A stretch of 63,527 nt of DNA, the filler included, from Octopus bimaculoides (Eukaryota), in assembly GCF_001194135.2 (NCBI RefSeq). It is 6 parts of 5 records of this genome, joined end to end, with 100 filler letters (N's around TTAATTAATTAA, not from the genome) between each part and the next. Parts side by side here need not be neighbours in the genome. Positions count along the whole stretch, not along the records: positions 1 to 8,758 come from NC_068996.1; positions 8,859 to 31,145 come from NC_068986.1; 4 more parts are not named here. One strand, 5' to 3'. The translations under genes were made by a program, and so were the position numbers. The notes under the pieces are model-generated. The model was not told the DNA's origin, did not search any database, and saw only the letters and a program-made list of their open reading frames with translations. This document shows, piece by piece, positions 1 through 12,695 of this stretch. The stretch's first letter is position 1; each line of letters starts with the position of its first letter.

Positions 1-176
1 GCGTGTGTTACTTGGCGAAAGCCAAGGAAGGAAAGGATTATTGACCGGAAGCATGTGACCATACCGGTGTAAAGGGAAGAGAGAGAGAGTGGTAGAGGGA
101 GAAAGAGAGGGAGGAAGTAGAAGAATGGTGAGCAACGAGAGGAAAAGAGAAAGAGAGGAAATACGAGGGGGAAAAG

Positions 177-285
177 GAGATACGTAGTAGTAACAGAGGA
201 AGAACAAGAGGGGTAAGGCGAGATACGTAGTAGTACAGAGGAAGAACAAGAGGGGTAAGGCGAGATACGTAGTAGTACAGAGGAA
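177..285 (+). repeat. 42-43 bp tandem repeat, about 2.5 copies
   Basis: GAGATACGTAGTAGTA(A)CAGAGGAAGAACAAGAGGGGTAAGGC starts at 177, 220 and 262 (third copy partial). Confidence 0.9.
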
Positions 286-469
286 ATATATATATATATA
301 TATATATACATACATATATATGTATATATGTACATATATATATATATATACACATATATATATGTTTATGTATATATACTCATACATACGCATACCTATT
401 AATGTATATCTATGCAAGTGCGTACGTATGTGTGCGTGGTTGCATGAATGTGTGTGTGTGTGTGTGTTT

Positions 470-680
470 GCATCTGTGTTTGTCCCATCACCACCGCTTG
501 ACATCAACCGGTTGGTGTTGGTGTGTCTCCGTCCCCGTAACTTAGCGGTCCGGCCAAAGAGACCGATAGAATAAGTACTAGGCTTTAAAAAATGTTCCAG
601 GGTCGATTTGTTCAAAGTGGTGCTCCAGCATAGCAGCAGTCAAATGACTGAAACATGTAAAAGATAAAAGTTAAAAGAAA
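470..680 (+). mobile_element. SINE family F1, 3' half
   Basis: Matches the 3' half of the fuller copies at 15722 and 42145 (CTTAGCGGT..GAGACCGATAGAATAAGTACTAGGCT..GGTGCTCCAGCAT..CAGTCAAATGACTGAAAC), after a (TA)n/(TG)n tract. Confidence 0.85.
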
Positions 681-704
681 AATCATCTAGGACAAAGTAT
701 GTTT

Positions 705-1483
705 AATTTGATAGCAGTTAAACTGGTCATATCTGGTCCAAATATTCTGTTTTGACCAGATCTTGCCCCTCATTTAATTATTATAATTATGGTCGGGTTC
801 CCATTTGGACTGTAGGTATACAATCCACCCACCACACTTCTCGGTCCATCATCTCTGCCTCAGGATCTGGGATACATTCTAGGCCAGTATCTTCAATCAA
901 GTCTTCGATGTAAGTATGACAACGTTTTCCATGAAGTGTGTTCCAATAGACTAATTTGGATGCTACCAGTTTAGAGTAGCGCACACAGTGACCAAGTAGT
1001 CGTAGCCGTCTTTACCTGACAATTTCTATAACTTTCGGCAGGTTTCCATAAGGGCAATTCATTTGTCATATGTTGCTGTCATTTCACTTTTAAGTCTATT
1101 CGTAGTATCCTTGTGTAGCATTCATTTAGCCCATTTGATAATTTTTTTTATCAGTGTCCATGTTTCACTGGCTTATGACAGCACTGATTCAACACTTGCA
1201 ATGAACAGTTTCATTTTGATTTGCCTGGACAATCTGGAGATCCAGATTTTGGTTTGTGACAGGCTGTCCATGCTTGTGCTTTCGAAATGCTCACCAAAAC
1301 ACCTAAGTACTTGAAGTCTTCAGCAACATTCAAACCTACTTTATAATGATATTCTGAAAATAAACTATCATAAACTTCATCGAAGACTCGAGGCTACGAG
1401 ATAATGCAGGATATTAACTTAATTCAAAACAATGGTATTAAATAAAATTGTGCACAGAGTGATTTGTATGCGAAAGGGTTAAT
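705..1483 (+). mobile_element. TTAA-type MITE split by an RTE fragment
   Basis: AACTGGTCATATCTGG at 721 and the end ..GCGAAAGGG-TTAA at 1471-1483 match the MITE at 10344-10553; RTE-like sequence lies between. Confidence 0.55.
790..1330 (-). pseudogene. RTE-clade LINE relic, C-terminal part of RT
   Basis: Minus-strand translation gives SVESVLS.ASETWTL, RLRLLGHCVRYSKLVASKLVYW..HGKR..TYIEDLIEDTGL..MMDREVW, typical of RTE C-termini; stops present. Confidence 0.7.
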
Positions 1484-1704
1484 GTATCCGCCTATTTTTT
1501 AAGATGGAAGGGAAAAACTAGTTTCTGTGAAGATTTGGTTACTAATTTTAGCAAGTCGAGCGACCGCGTAAGAGCACTTTTCCTGGTTATTTGTCGTTGT
1601 TCTGTTGTTATTGTTGTTGATATTTTTAATGGATCATTCGGACAGATGATCAAAAGCGTTCTGTCTATGAGCATCCCAACTTTATTACCAAATATTCTGC
1701 ATAT

Positions 1705-1869
1705 AGGCGCAGGCGTGGCTCTGTGGTAAGAAGCATGCTTTCCATCCACATTGTTCCGTGTTCAGTCTCACCACGTAGCACATTAGGTTAGTGTCTTCTA
1801 CATTAGCACCAGGCTGACTAAAGCCTACTGAGTGGATTTGTCTAACGGAAACTGGAAGAAGCCCATCTA

Positions 1870-1924
<55 letters not shown>

Positions 1925-2579
1925 TTTTACTTGCTTCAGCCACTTGACTGTGGCCATGCTGGAGCACCACATTGAAGGGTTTTAGTAGAACGAATCAGCC
2001 CTAGAACTTAGTTTTTNNNNNNNNNNNNNNNNNNNNNNNNNNNNNNNNNNNNNNNNNNNNNNNNNNNNNNNNNNNNNNNNNNNNNNNNNNNNNNNNNNNN
2101 NNNNNNNNNNNNNNNNNNNNNNNNNNNNNNNNNNNNNNNNNNNNNNNNNNNNNNNNNNNNNNNNNNNNNNNNNNNNNNNNNNNNNNNNNNNNNNNNNNNN
2201 NNNNNNNNNNNNNNNNNNNNNNNNNNNNNNNNNNNNNNNNNNNNNNNNNNNNNNNNNNNNNNNNNNNNNNNNNNNNNNNNNNNNNNNNNNNNNNNNNNNN
2301 NNNNNNNNNNNNNNNNNNNNNNNNNNNNNNNNNNNNNNNNNNNNNNNNNNNNNNNNNNNNNNNNNNNNNNNNNNNNNNNNNNNNNNNNNNNNNNNNNNNN
2401 NNNNNNNNNNNNNNNNNNNNNNNNNNNNNNNNNNNNNNNNNNNNNNNNNNNNNNNNNNNNNNNNNNNNNNNNNNNNNNNNNNNNNNNNNNNNNNNNNNNN
2501 NNNNNNNNNNNNNNNNNNNNNNNNNNNNNNNNNNNNNNNNNGTAGATTTGGTAGACGGAAACTGAAAGAAGCCCGTCGT

Positions 2580-2629
<50 letters not shown>

Positions 2630-2866
2630 ATGTGTGTGTATGTGTTTGTGTGTCTGTGTTTGTCCCCCAACATCACTTGACAACCGATGCTGCTGTGTTT
2701 ACGTCCCCGTAACTTAGCGGTTCGGCAAAAAGAGAACAATGGAATAAGTACTAGGCTTCCAAAGTATAAGTCCTGGGGTCGATTAGCTCGACTAAAAAGG
2801 CGGTGCTCCAGCATGGCCGCAGTCAAATGACTGAAACAAGTAAAAGAGTAAAAAGAGTAAAGAGAG
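1705..2866 (+). mobile_element. SINE F1 pieces around an N gap: 5' half, an inverted 3' end, then another partial copy
   Basis: GTGGCTCTGTGGTAAG..GGAAACTGGAAGAAGCCC at 1715-1863; reverse 3' end at about 1925-2015; plus-strand copy 2541-2866. Confidence 0.75.
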
Positions 2867-3065
2867 ATAGGCTGTGCTTTGGAAAACAACTTAGCAAGTC
2901 GAGTTATGGTATTCGTTGTTACAGCTGAAACGTCTGACTGCTATAAATCTTTTTTTTTTGTTTTGTTCTTTTTACTGGTATTCTTCTCGTCGTAATTGTT
3001 ACAGCTTTCACCGTAATTAACATATCGTTGTAGTTAATATTGCTGTCTCTCCTCTCTCCTCCACT

Positions 3066-3324
3066 TCTCTTCTTCTTCTTCTTCTTCTTCTTCTTCTTCT
3101 TCTTCTTCTTCTTCTTCTTCTTCTTCTTCTTCTTCTTCTTCAAGTTCTTCTATTTCTTCTTCTTCTTATTCCTCCTTCTTGGTTTTCTTCTTCTTCTTCT
3201 TGTTCTTCTTGTTCTTGTTCTTGTTCTTCTTCTTGTTCTTGTTGTTGTTGTTGTTGTTGTTCTTCTTCTTCTTCTTCTTCTTCTTCTTCTTTTTCTTCTT
3301 CTTCTTCTTCTTCTTATAATAATG

Positions 3325-3377
<53 letters not shown>

Positions 3378-3518
3378 CGTCACCGTCGTCGTCTTCAACA
3401 TCATCATCATCATCATCCTTATATTCATCGTCACCCTCATCCGAATCATCATTGTTGCTGCCATCATCATAATCATCATCATTATCATCATCACCACCAC
3501 TACCACCACCACCACCAA

Positions 3519-3575
<57 letters not shown>

Positions 3576-3580
3576 TTGAC
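3066..3580. repeat. Compound trinucleotide microsatellite (TTC/TTG/ATA/CAT/CAC)
   Basis: Directly visible runs; explains the poly-F/L/I/K/D ORFs. Confidence 0.97.
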
Positions 3581-3715
3581 ACTGTTATCGTGGACAGAGT
3601 AGATAGTTCTTGTTCTTTTTGCATAAATTGTGCAGACAGGATTGGCTGGTCTGCAGTGTGAACACTTCTCTCTTGTCTCTTCTAATGGAACCAACTCAAA
3701 AAGAGTAAGAGTGAA

Positions 3716-4135
<420 letters not shown>

Positions 4136-4538
4136 TAAGATGCTTATAATTATAATGGTTGTCAATAATTAAGACGATCACAATGGTACTTTCTGATAAA
4201 TAGTTACAACGTTTCTTGTTATTCCACGAACCGTCTGCTGTTATAGAGATCTTAACAGATACTTAATCAAATTTGTAACGGCTTTAGGAAGTTCATTACC
4301 AAAAGACAAGAAATGACGGAGAAGCCTAAAAGAAGGATCTAAAGAAATAACGAAAGAAAGGACGAACGAATGACAGAAATAAAGAAACAAAAACAAAACA
4401 AAAAAAAAGAAATGAATGACAGAAAGGCAGAGAAAGAAATTAGGGGAAGCAGATAAGGAAAGTATTAATCAAAATGATAGAAATATGGGAAACGAAGGAA
4501 ACCAAGGTTTTATCTTAATATTTCACGATGAATACTTC

Positions 4539-4570
<32 letters not shown>

Positions 4571-5569
4571 TTATTACAGAATCTATTTCCATATTTCCGC
4601 CACCACTCATTGCAACCCATCTGTTTCTCTTTACATCTCTCTCTCTCCCTCTCCCTCTCTAGCTCTCTCACTTTTCCCGAACCCCCCACTCTCTCTCTCT
4701 CTCTCTCCGTATACTTCGGCTATCTTTCAATGTCTTGTCAAGACTGTTATTAAGAGAGCGAATGCGTGTCCTGTCTATCGTGATTAGGTGGAGACTATTT
4801 TGAAGTTAATCCCAGACGGAACCAGTCGATCTGCTCGGAACTGCTGCGTGTTCTTTGCCCACTCAACTGATTATCATATCGGCAGCGGTTGCGTTGACTT
4901 GTCATCACAGAAAACAATAATAATATCTTAATAAAGTCAAAGAAAACCCCAAAATTACATCAGCCGAGAACCTTAGTTGATTGCTTAAAGTGATTATCAT
5001 TGTTGTTGTTATTGTTGTTGTTGTAATGTTGATGATAATGATGATGATTATGATAATTCAACAACAACGACGACGACGACGATGGTGATTATGATAATAA
5101 CAACAATAATAACAACAACAACAACAACAACAACAATAATAATATTAATAATATTATAATTATTACTGTGACTGTAATCATCAGTATCATCATTATTGTC
5201 CTCCTCATCATTATCAGCATCATCTTGGTCATTATCACTGTCCTCATCTTATTATCTGTATATTAACTACAACGATTTGTTTAATCACCTAGAAAACATA
5301 TTTTTCAAAATTACTCCGAACTTATGCACCTCTTCTTACTCATTAAGTATGTTTTTTGTTTTTTTTTACTGAATTTATTCTACAATAATTAGAATTCATC
5401 CTATAAAAATTAAAAAGGACAATTCACTGACTGAGAGACAATGAATCAATACGATCTGTTACCGTTATTTAACTTACTTGTTCCTCGTTGATTGTCTTTT
5501 CCGTGGCATTTTCTTTAATTTTTGTCCTATTGTTCATGCGGATAAAACTGGAAATCTTTATTATTTAGA

Positions 5570-6790
5570 ATCAGAAAGATATTTATCAAAAAACAAATTA
5601 CAAGGATTATAAAATAACCTCCAAAGAAAATTTACTAATCCTTAACTTTAATGTGAAAGACATTGTTGAAGATTTACAAGTTAGGGATCAAAGTGAATCT
5701 CACACTCCCAAAACATCTGGAATTAATTGAAAAGACAACAAACTTAATTTTAATACCGATCCACAAGTTAGACTAATTTGCTCATCGGAATCGGTTATTG
5801 ATAAGATCAGTAAATTTATTATTAACAAACATATTCCTTGGCTCAAACAATATATTAGTTTATCTTTATGGGAAAATTCATTGGAAGTTATTGACTGGTT
5901 CTCTAACATTCAGTTGGATATTTCCAATTATTACTCACCCATCAACCCTATCCTACAGAATAAAGCATCAATTTTCGCTATGACGAATTCAGAGTTATCC
6001 AAATGTGAGGCTGATGGTTTTTACTAGCGGTTAGTAAAACCATAATTGTATTCGATATGAAGTATTGGATTAGAACTGATTGGACTGATTGTTTCGATAT
6101 TATCATAGAGTCCAGCAATTCGGCTCAAGTAACCAAGTATTTATATTCCTAATTGTATACATAATGAATTTCCTGAATTAGGAGGGGGGTTATATAGAGA
6201 TGACACTCTATTCACTGTATATAGATATAATATGGTTAATTTAAAAAGGTCTATAAAAATCTTTTCAAATTTTTTTATGTTTGTGGTCTTTCTATCGCTA
6301 TAGAAAATACAGAAAATGACTACTAGTGTTAACTTCCTTGGAGCTATGCTAACCTTATGGTTAGCCTAATGAGAGCTTCAGATATGTAAATAAAAATTCA
6401 AATCATTCATGAAGCATAATAAATTGTATCATTAAAAATATATCTACTCGTATTTCGAGACTTTCAACCAATGAGGATGTATGTAAACAAAATCAAAATT
6501 GGTATAACCATGCATTATCTGAAGCTGGATATAAAGATAAAATTTAGTATATCCAGAATCACAACAATAATAACATTCCTGGAAATGATTGAATTATGGT
6601 TAAGTTGGAAATTAATAGGTACCTATTCGCTAGCCGTTTAAAAATATCTCAGCAATTATTTTGGTTTATGTCAGCAAAAGATATTAATTTATAACGAGTG
6701 CTTAAGAAATCTTACGAAACAAAAATATTAACGCCTTCAGTAAAATACATATAATACAGCCCGATTAGTTATTCTCCGCTATGCAGTTCA
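5570..6790 (+). pseudogene. Penelope-like element (PLE) reverse transcriptase relic
   Basis: Ordered PLE RT motifs across frameshifts: KDNKLNFNTDPQVRLI..KISK, WENSLEVIDWFSNI, LDISNYYSPI, GGLYRDD (6181-6203), VNFLG, PNESFRYVNKNSNH, NISTRISRLSTNE..YNHALSEAGY. Confidence 0.8.
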
Positions 6791-6954
6791 TAACAATTTA
6801 TAGTTTCAGCAATTATTTCATGTTAATACTTAGATCAGGTTTTCTAAATGAACACTGATATTGATTAGATCTTGTGTTAAAAGGATTCGCAGTTAAACCA
6901 AAATAATATTTAAATACGGGAATATAAGCTATATATTAAAGCGTAAAAAATCAC

Positions 6955-7263
6955 TTTAGCCATGAATGACCATGGGATGGCACCTAGAAAGTTACTCTCC
7001 TAGGCACAAGACCAGGCAAGGTTGTTTATCGAAGACCAGCATTCACCCATGAATTTCAGTGTCCCCTTTCAAATCCCAGGGAAAAGCAAAGTCCGATGCA
7101 GCTTGCCACCAGTGACGTCACACCTTATTTCTACAGCTAAGTGACTGGAGCAACGTGAAATAGTGTCTTGTTCAAGAACACAACAAACAACCCGGTCCGG
7201 GAATCGAACTCACCCTTTCATGATTGTCAGCCCGACGCTCTAGCCACTGAGCCATGCACCTTC
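6955..7263 (-). mobile_element. tRNA-derived SINE with CORE-like body (family F4)
   Basis: Minus strand: GGTGCATGGCTCAGTGGCTAGAGCG (A box), GAGTTCGATTCCC (B box), then GTGTTCTTGAACAAGACACTATTTCACGTTGCTCCAGTCAC. Confidence 0.75.
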
Positions 7264-7402
7264 ACTAACATATATATACTTTGGCATATAAATTTCGAAA
7301 CAGAAAAATAATAATCGTTCACTCTAAGTGAGTCAGTTTCACATAATAAATCAGTATGTAGATACTTTTCATGATTTTTCACTGTTAATATTTGCTATTT
7401 CT

Positions 7403-7585
7403 AAGGTGGCGAACTGGCAGAACCGTTAGCACGCCGGGCAAAATGCTTAGCAGTATTTTGTCCGTCTTCACATTCTGAGCTTAAATTACACTGAGGTTAC
7501 ATTCGCCTTGCAACCTAAAATAAGTACCAGACTAACACGGGTCGATGTGATCGACATAACCCTTCCCTCGAAATCACTGAAATTG
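7403..7585 (+). mobile_element. SINE family F3, degenerate
   Basis: AAGGTGGCGAACTGGCAGAACCGTTAGCACGCCGGGCAAAATGCTTAGC matches the F3 head. Confidence 0.75.
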
Positions 7586-7641
7586 TGTCAAAATTTAAAA
7601 TCAATATTTGTTATTTCTGTAGAAATATATGGCACCTAGTT

Positions 7642-7752
7642 TCTCTCTCTCTCTCTCTCTCTCTCTCCCTCTTTCTATCTCTCTCTCTCTCTCTCTCTCT
7701 CGCTTTCCTCCTATCTCTCCCCAAAACCATCCACGCACACAAGCACACATTC

Positions 7753-7840
<88 letters not shown>
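7642..7840. repeat. (CT)n and (CA)n microsatellites
   Basis: Directly visible. Confidence 0.95.
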
Positions 7841-7842
<2 letters not shown>

Positions 7843-8721
7843 GCAAGTACGCATACTCACACGCGTACTCTCGCGCGCTCACACACAAGCACAAAATAAG
7901 TACACTCACACATTTCTGATATATCTGATTCTCAGTTTTTTCTAAATAAATATATAAATAAGGAAACTATGCATTGAGCAAGCGACGTTTTTGAAACGAT
8001 TCATTAACCGCTATTTATCTCCAATAGAAAGTGTAGTCAATACAGGTAACATCTGGTCAAATAATATTCATGTGACACTCCGTCGGTTACGACGACGAGG
8101 AGTTCCAGTTGATCCGATGAACGGAACAACCTGCTCATGAAATTAAAGTGCAGGTGATGAGCACTGCACACACACGTGGTTTTCAGGGAGAGCTGGCGTG
8201 GCACAGAATGTGACATAGTTGGCCCTTTTGAATTACAGGTATAACTCATCTCTTTGTTAGCTGAGTGGACTGAAGCAACTTAAAATAAAGTGACTTGCTC
8301 AAGGATACAACGTGCCGCCGGCACCATCACTGGTCAAATAATATAATTTAAACCACAAATTTTCGTACTGTACATAATCATACTTCCTCTAAATTGACAA
8401 AAATAGCGTTCACTAAGAATTTAAGTTTGTTTCAAATATTTTTATCGAAAAATGATGAATTTTTCTGTTTGGTTTTCTCCTTTGATTAATTTCTTTTTGT
8501 TACTTTTCCGATTGAACATCTTTAATCTACTGATTTTATCAGTGACAGTTGAAAAAGGTTTACTAAAAAAAAATGTTCATGTTCTTTTGTGGCTGTGTAG
8601 CTTGCTTACGAACCATATGGTTCCAGCTTCTGTCCCACTGCGTGGCACCTTAGGCAAGTGTCTCGGGCCGACCAAAGCCTTGTGAGTGGATTTGGTAGAC
8701 GGAAACTGAAGGAAGCCCGGG

Positions 8722-8755
<34 letters not shown>

Positions 8756-8758
8756 TAT

Positions 8759-8858
8759 NNNNNNNNNNNNNNNNNNNNNNNNNNNNNNNNNNNNNNNNNN
8801 NNTTAATTAATTAANNNNNNNNNNNNNNNNNNNNNNNNNNNNNNNNNNNNNNNNNNNN
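8759..8858. other. Artificial assembly spacer 44N-TTAATTAATTAA-44N
   Basis: Exactly 100 bp with a palindromic six-frame stop 12-mer at 8803-8814; identical design at four other sites. Confidence 0.95.
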
Positions 8859-8898
<40 letters not shown>

Positions 8899-8932
8899 GT
8901 GTGTGTGTGTGTGTATATATATGTAAATGTAT

Positions 8933-9320
8933 GGAGGCGCAATGGCCCAGTGGTTAGGGCAGCAGACTCGCGGTGATAGGATCGCGGTTTCCCTGACTGA
9001 GCGTTGTGAGTGTTTATTGAGCGAAAACACCTAAAGCTCCACGAGGCTCCAGCAGGGGATGGTGGCGAACCCTGCTGTACTCTTTCACCACAGCTTTCTC
9101 TCACTCTTACTTCCTGTTTCTGTTGTGCCTGTAATTGAAAGGGTCAGCCTTGTCACACATTGTGTCATGCTGAATATCCCCGAGGACTATGTTAAGGGTA
9201 CACGTGTCTGTGGAGTGCTCAGCCACATGCACGTTAATTTTACGAGCAGGTTGTTCCGTTGATCGGATCAACTGGAACCCTTGACGTTGTAAGTGACGTA
9301 GTGCCAACAACAACAACAAT
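8933..9320 (+). mobile_element. SINE family F2 (tRNA head, (AAC)n tail)
   Basis: GGCGCAATGGCCCAGTGGTTAGGGC head; body nearly identical to 30745-31130 (-) and 50391-50771 (+); ends GTGCCAACAACAAC. Confidence 0.9.
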
Positions 9321-9694
9321 ANNNNNNNNNNNNNNNNNNNNNNNNNNNNNNNNNNNNNNNNNNNNNNNNNNNNNNNNNNNNNNNNNNNNNNNNNNNNNNN
9401 NNNNNNNNNNNNNNNNNNNNNNNNNNNNNNNNNNNNNNNNNNNNNNNNNNNNNNNNNNNNNNNNNNNNNNNNNNNNNNNNNNNNNNNNNNNNNNNNNNNN
9501 NNNNNNNNNNNNNNNNNNNNNNNNNNNNNNNNNNNNNNNNNNNNNNNNNNNNNNNNNNNNNNNNNNNNNNNNNNNNNNNNNNNNNNNNNNNNNNNNNNNN
9601 NNNNNNNNNNNNNNNNNNNNNNNNNNNNNNNNNNNNNNNNNNNNNNNNNNNNNNNNNNNNNNNNNNNNNNNNNNNNNNNNNNNNNNNNNNNNNN

Positions 9695-9736
<42 letters not shown>

Positions 9737-9851
9737 TATGTATGTGTGTGTATATATGTACATGTGTATATGTGTGCGTGTGTGTACTTGTATTATATTT
9801 TTTCTTACATTTTGAAACATTTTACTATTCATTTTTTAATTTCTCTTGTAG

Positions 9852-10030
9852 GAAGAAGAATTAAAAAAAGCTGTTTTAATGATATTTGCTAACAAACAGG
9901 ATATTGAAGGTGCAATGACAGTTAGTGAGGTTAGCAATGCTTTAGGGCTTCATGCCTTGAAAAACTGGAAACATCAAATTCTAAAGACCTCTGCTATAAA
10001 TGGAGTTGGCTTAGAGGAAGGAATGGAATG
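9852..10030 (+). CDS. ARL1: ADP-ribosylation factor-like protein 1, penultimate coding exon
   Basis: Acceptor TTTCTCTTGTAG then [60 protein letters not shown](TG); Arf G4 NKQD and G5 TSA motifs; donor GTATGT at 10031. EEEL..A.L..FANKQD..AM..SE..N.LGL matches ARL1 better than ARF. Confidence 0.88.
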
Positions 10031-10343
10031 GTATGTATATTTCCTATTTTCCTTTTCTCGCATGGATAGAATGGTTTTGACATATTGAATATTTACATGT
10101 GGATGTTTTTCTTATGGCTAACCACTCTCTCTTGCAGTCAGCCTAGTTATTCATTTAGAAATGGAGAGTTATGCATCTTCTATAGCAATACAACAAAATG
10201 GATGGGGAAATGTTCCAACTTATGACCATACAGCCAGTTGTTTGATATATTAAACTTACTGTTATTTTCCCCTATAGCTTTTGTAATTTAAATATGCATT
10301 TGAGTATGCATTGATAATACTCTGTGCATAAAAGGAACTTTAA

Positions 10344-10553
10344 CCCTTTAGCATTTAAATTGGTCATATCTAGCCCAAAGATCCTATCTGTTTTACATTC
10401 TGACCAGATCCAGCTCTCACACCTACCCTACAATGTCATTCTAAAGCTAAACAAATATATTATCAATATCTGAAAGCTTTGAGAGAATGCACGATTATTT
10501 TTTTAAAGTGTGAATACGCATTACATTTGACAGAATAATCTGAATGCTAAAGA
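10344..10553 (+). mobile_element. Non-autonomous MITE with TTAA flanks (piggyBac-type ends)
   Basis: TTAA-CCCTTTAGCATT ... GAATGCTAAAGA-TTAA; same family at 16095-16310 and 30283-30502. Confidence 0.7.
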
Positions 10554-10699
10554 TTAAAATTTTGTAGCTGTTTAATAAGCATTTTAGTTGAAATTAAAAT
10601 ATCCTTGTAAGAAAAGTAAATACTTTGTGAAAGCTGTTTTCTATGCTTATGGAATGAAGTATCTAGAAATAATATAATGGAGGTTTTGAAAATTGACCA

Positions 10700-11070
10700 A
10701 TCTGTATAACTTCATCCACTGTGAGGTTAACCTTTGTTTCTAGATGCATCTTGTGTCCACCATAAGATTTTATTGTGACCAGATTTAGATCAGCAAAGTA
10801 TTCTTTCCTTCCAGGAATGCTTTGTTCTCTGAATAGGGAAGAACCACAAAGTGTGTAGACTATAGATGAGGAAGTTTCTCTGGTCAAGCCAAATACTTCT
10901 ATGCATTGAGTGGTCACAGATAGATTCTTCAAGCTGAGCCAACCAGCAGGAGACTTAGGGGTAAACCAAGAATGAGATGGTTGGATAATATTCATAGTGT
11001 CAATTTGCCATGCTTAGGAATCCAGCCTCAAAGTCTAATGATGATTGCTTCTGATAGGACTCTGCCCCCA
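10700..11070 (+). pseudogene. RTE-like LINE 3' relic
   Basis: Translation includes GKPRMRWLDNIHS..LMMIASDR, resembling RTE C-termini. Confidence 0.45.
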
Positions 11071-11185
11071 TGACCTTCCCAGAAATAGCGGGCATGGAAG
11101 ATGGATTGAAATGGGGTTTTTTTTTTTTTTTTCAGTTATGCATATGAATCAATAACAAGGTTGAAATCATTAAAAAAAACATTTA

Positions 11186-12411
11186 TGAGGGTGGACTGAA
11201 AAGTTCATGGGCTGACTATGCAAGAGTAATGCTAGAGCTGTAAAATCTTGCATACATTAATTTCAACTCTTCTTATTGATAACAGCATTGTTTCTTTCCA
11301 GGTAAACTGACATCTGACTGTTCAAATAAGACTTCAAAAGTAACTAGTCGCAACTTTTCTTGAAAATGGGAAAAATTTGGCATTGGGTGTTATCAATTAC
11401 CTGCAGAAAAAGGGTTTAGGCTTTAAGGACATTCATGCCAATATGGTTGCTATATTAGGGGATGACACTGCAGTTTTGCCAACTGTGCAAAATTGGGCAG
11501 CAGAATTTCGGAGTGGAAGGGGAGAGTCTTGAAGATGACTCAAGGTCTGGATGTCCTGCAACTGCTATCACTGAGGAAAACATTATGTTCAATTGTAGAA
11601 GCTAGTGGATACATATAGCCAATGCTATTAGCATAATCTGTGAGTGAGTTGAGAATATTCTGCTCAATGGTTTCTACATGGTGAGTGCCATATCTTCTGA
11701 CATCTAATCAAGAGCGCACAAGGCTGATCACATCATGGGAAGATCTGATATTGTTTGAGGCAGATCCAGCTGGTTTCCTTGAACGTTTCCTAATCCAGGA
11801 TAAGTAATGGGTTCATCACTTTGAGTTAGAGATAAGCCATGCAGTGAAAACACCTTTCCTTACCTGCTCCAAAAAAAGGGCCAAGGTTGTTTCATATGCA
11901 GGGAATGTGATAGCTTCAGTTTTTTGGGATGCAAAAGGCATTATGTTTATTGACTATCTTCAGGAGGGTCACACCATCAATGGGGATTACTATGCCAACA
12001 TGCTGAGGCAGTTACAAAAAGCTATGAAGACCAAATGGTCAGAAAAACTGACAAAATGGATTTTGTTTCAAAAGGACGATTCTCCAGCACACAAGTCCTT
12101 GTTTTCAATGGCTGCTATGTGTAACTATGGCCTTGAACTGGTTGATCACCCTCCATATTCTGATTTGGCCCCATCTGTTCCCTGACATAAAAAAAAAGCA
12201 CTTGGTCGAGAACCAATATCACAGTGATATCATATCTGCTGTTGATGACTTCTTTTGACCAACAGGATGAAAGCTTCTTCATCAATGGGATCCAAGCACT
12301 GCAACACCAATGGAAGAAATGTGTGGAGGGCTATGTTGAAAAATAAACCTCATTTGGTCACATTCCATGAAAGTGTCTTGGTCAGCCTATGAACTTTTCA
12401 GCCAACCCTCA
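11186..12411 (+). mobile_element. Mariner transposon, full length but decayed
   Basis: TA at 11184-11185 and 12412-12413; imperfect TIRs TGAGGGTGGACTGAAAAGTTCATGGGCTGAC / GTCAGCCTATGAACTTTTCAGCCAACCCTCA; transposase motifs WAAEFRSGRESLEDD, WVHHFE, VFWDAKGIMFIDYL..G.TING.YY, HPPYS-DLAPS. Confidence 0.9.
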
Positions 12412-12663
12412 TAATTTTGATTATTACCTTGCTATCAAAAACTAAAATTATTTGACTAATACCTCATGACTGCCTTACACTCATTTTTACTCCATTCTCT
12501 AATGGCATCGAGCTATTAATGAAGCTGCCACAAATTTTAATAATCATAATTCCACTTGTATAGCATTCACCTCATTCATCCCTCCCTCTTTTGTTTCTTG
12601 ATTCTCAACTTCTTTGTTAATTTTTTTTTTGTTTTCTTCATACAGAAATAATTTCTGAGAATG

Positions 12664-12695
<32 letters not shown>

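Noticed and set aside
40-60. ETS-like CCGGAAG as the ARL1 promoter
   Set aside because: Single short motif, separated from ARL1 by an artificial spacer, with no intervening exons.
177-285. CRISPR-like array
   Set aside because: Contiguous tandem units without unique spacers, in a eukaryotic context.
1982-2889. Long ORFs spanning N runs (also 9107, 23621, 31646, 33274, 39896, 49158 regions)
   Set aside because: Open only because N codons contain no stops; flanks are SINE or microsatellite.
5470-5510. Minus-strand ATG exon MPRKRQSTRN with GTAAGT donor
   Set aside because: No downstream exon or homology; adjacent to a PLE relic; plausible by chance.
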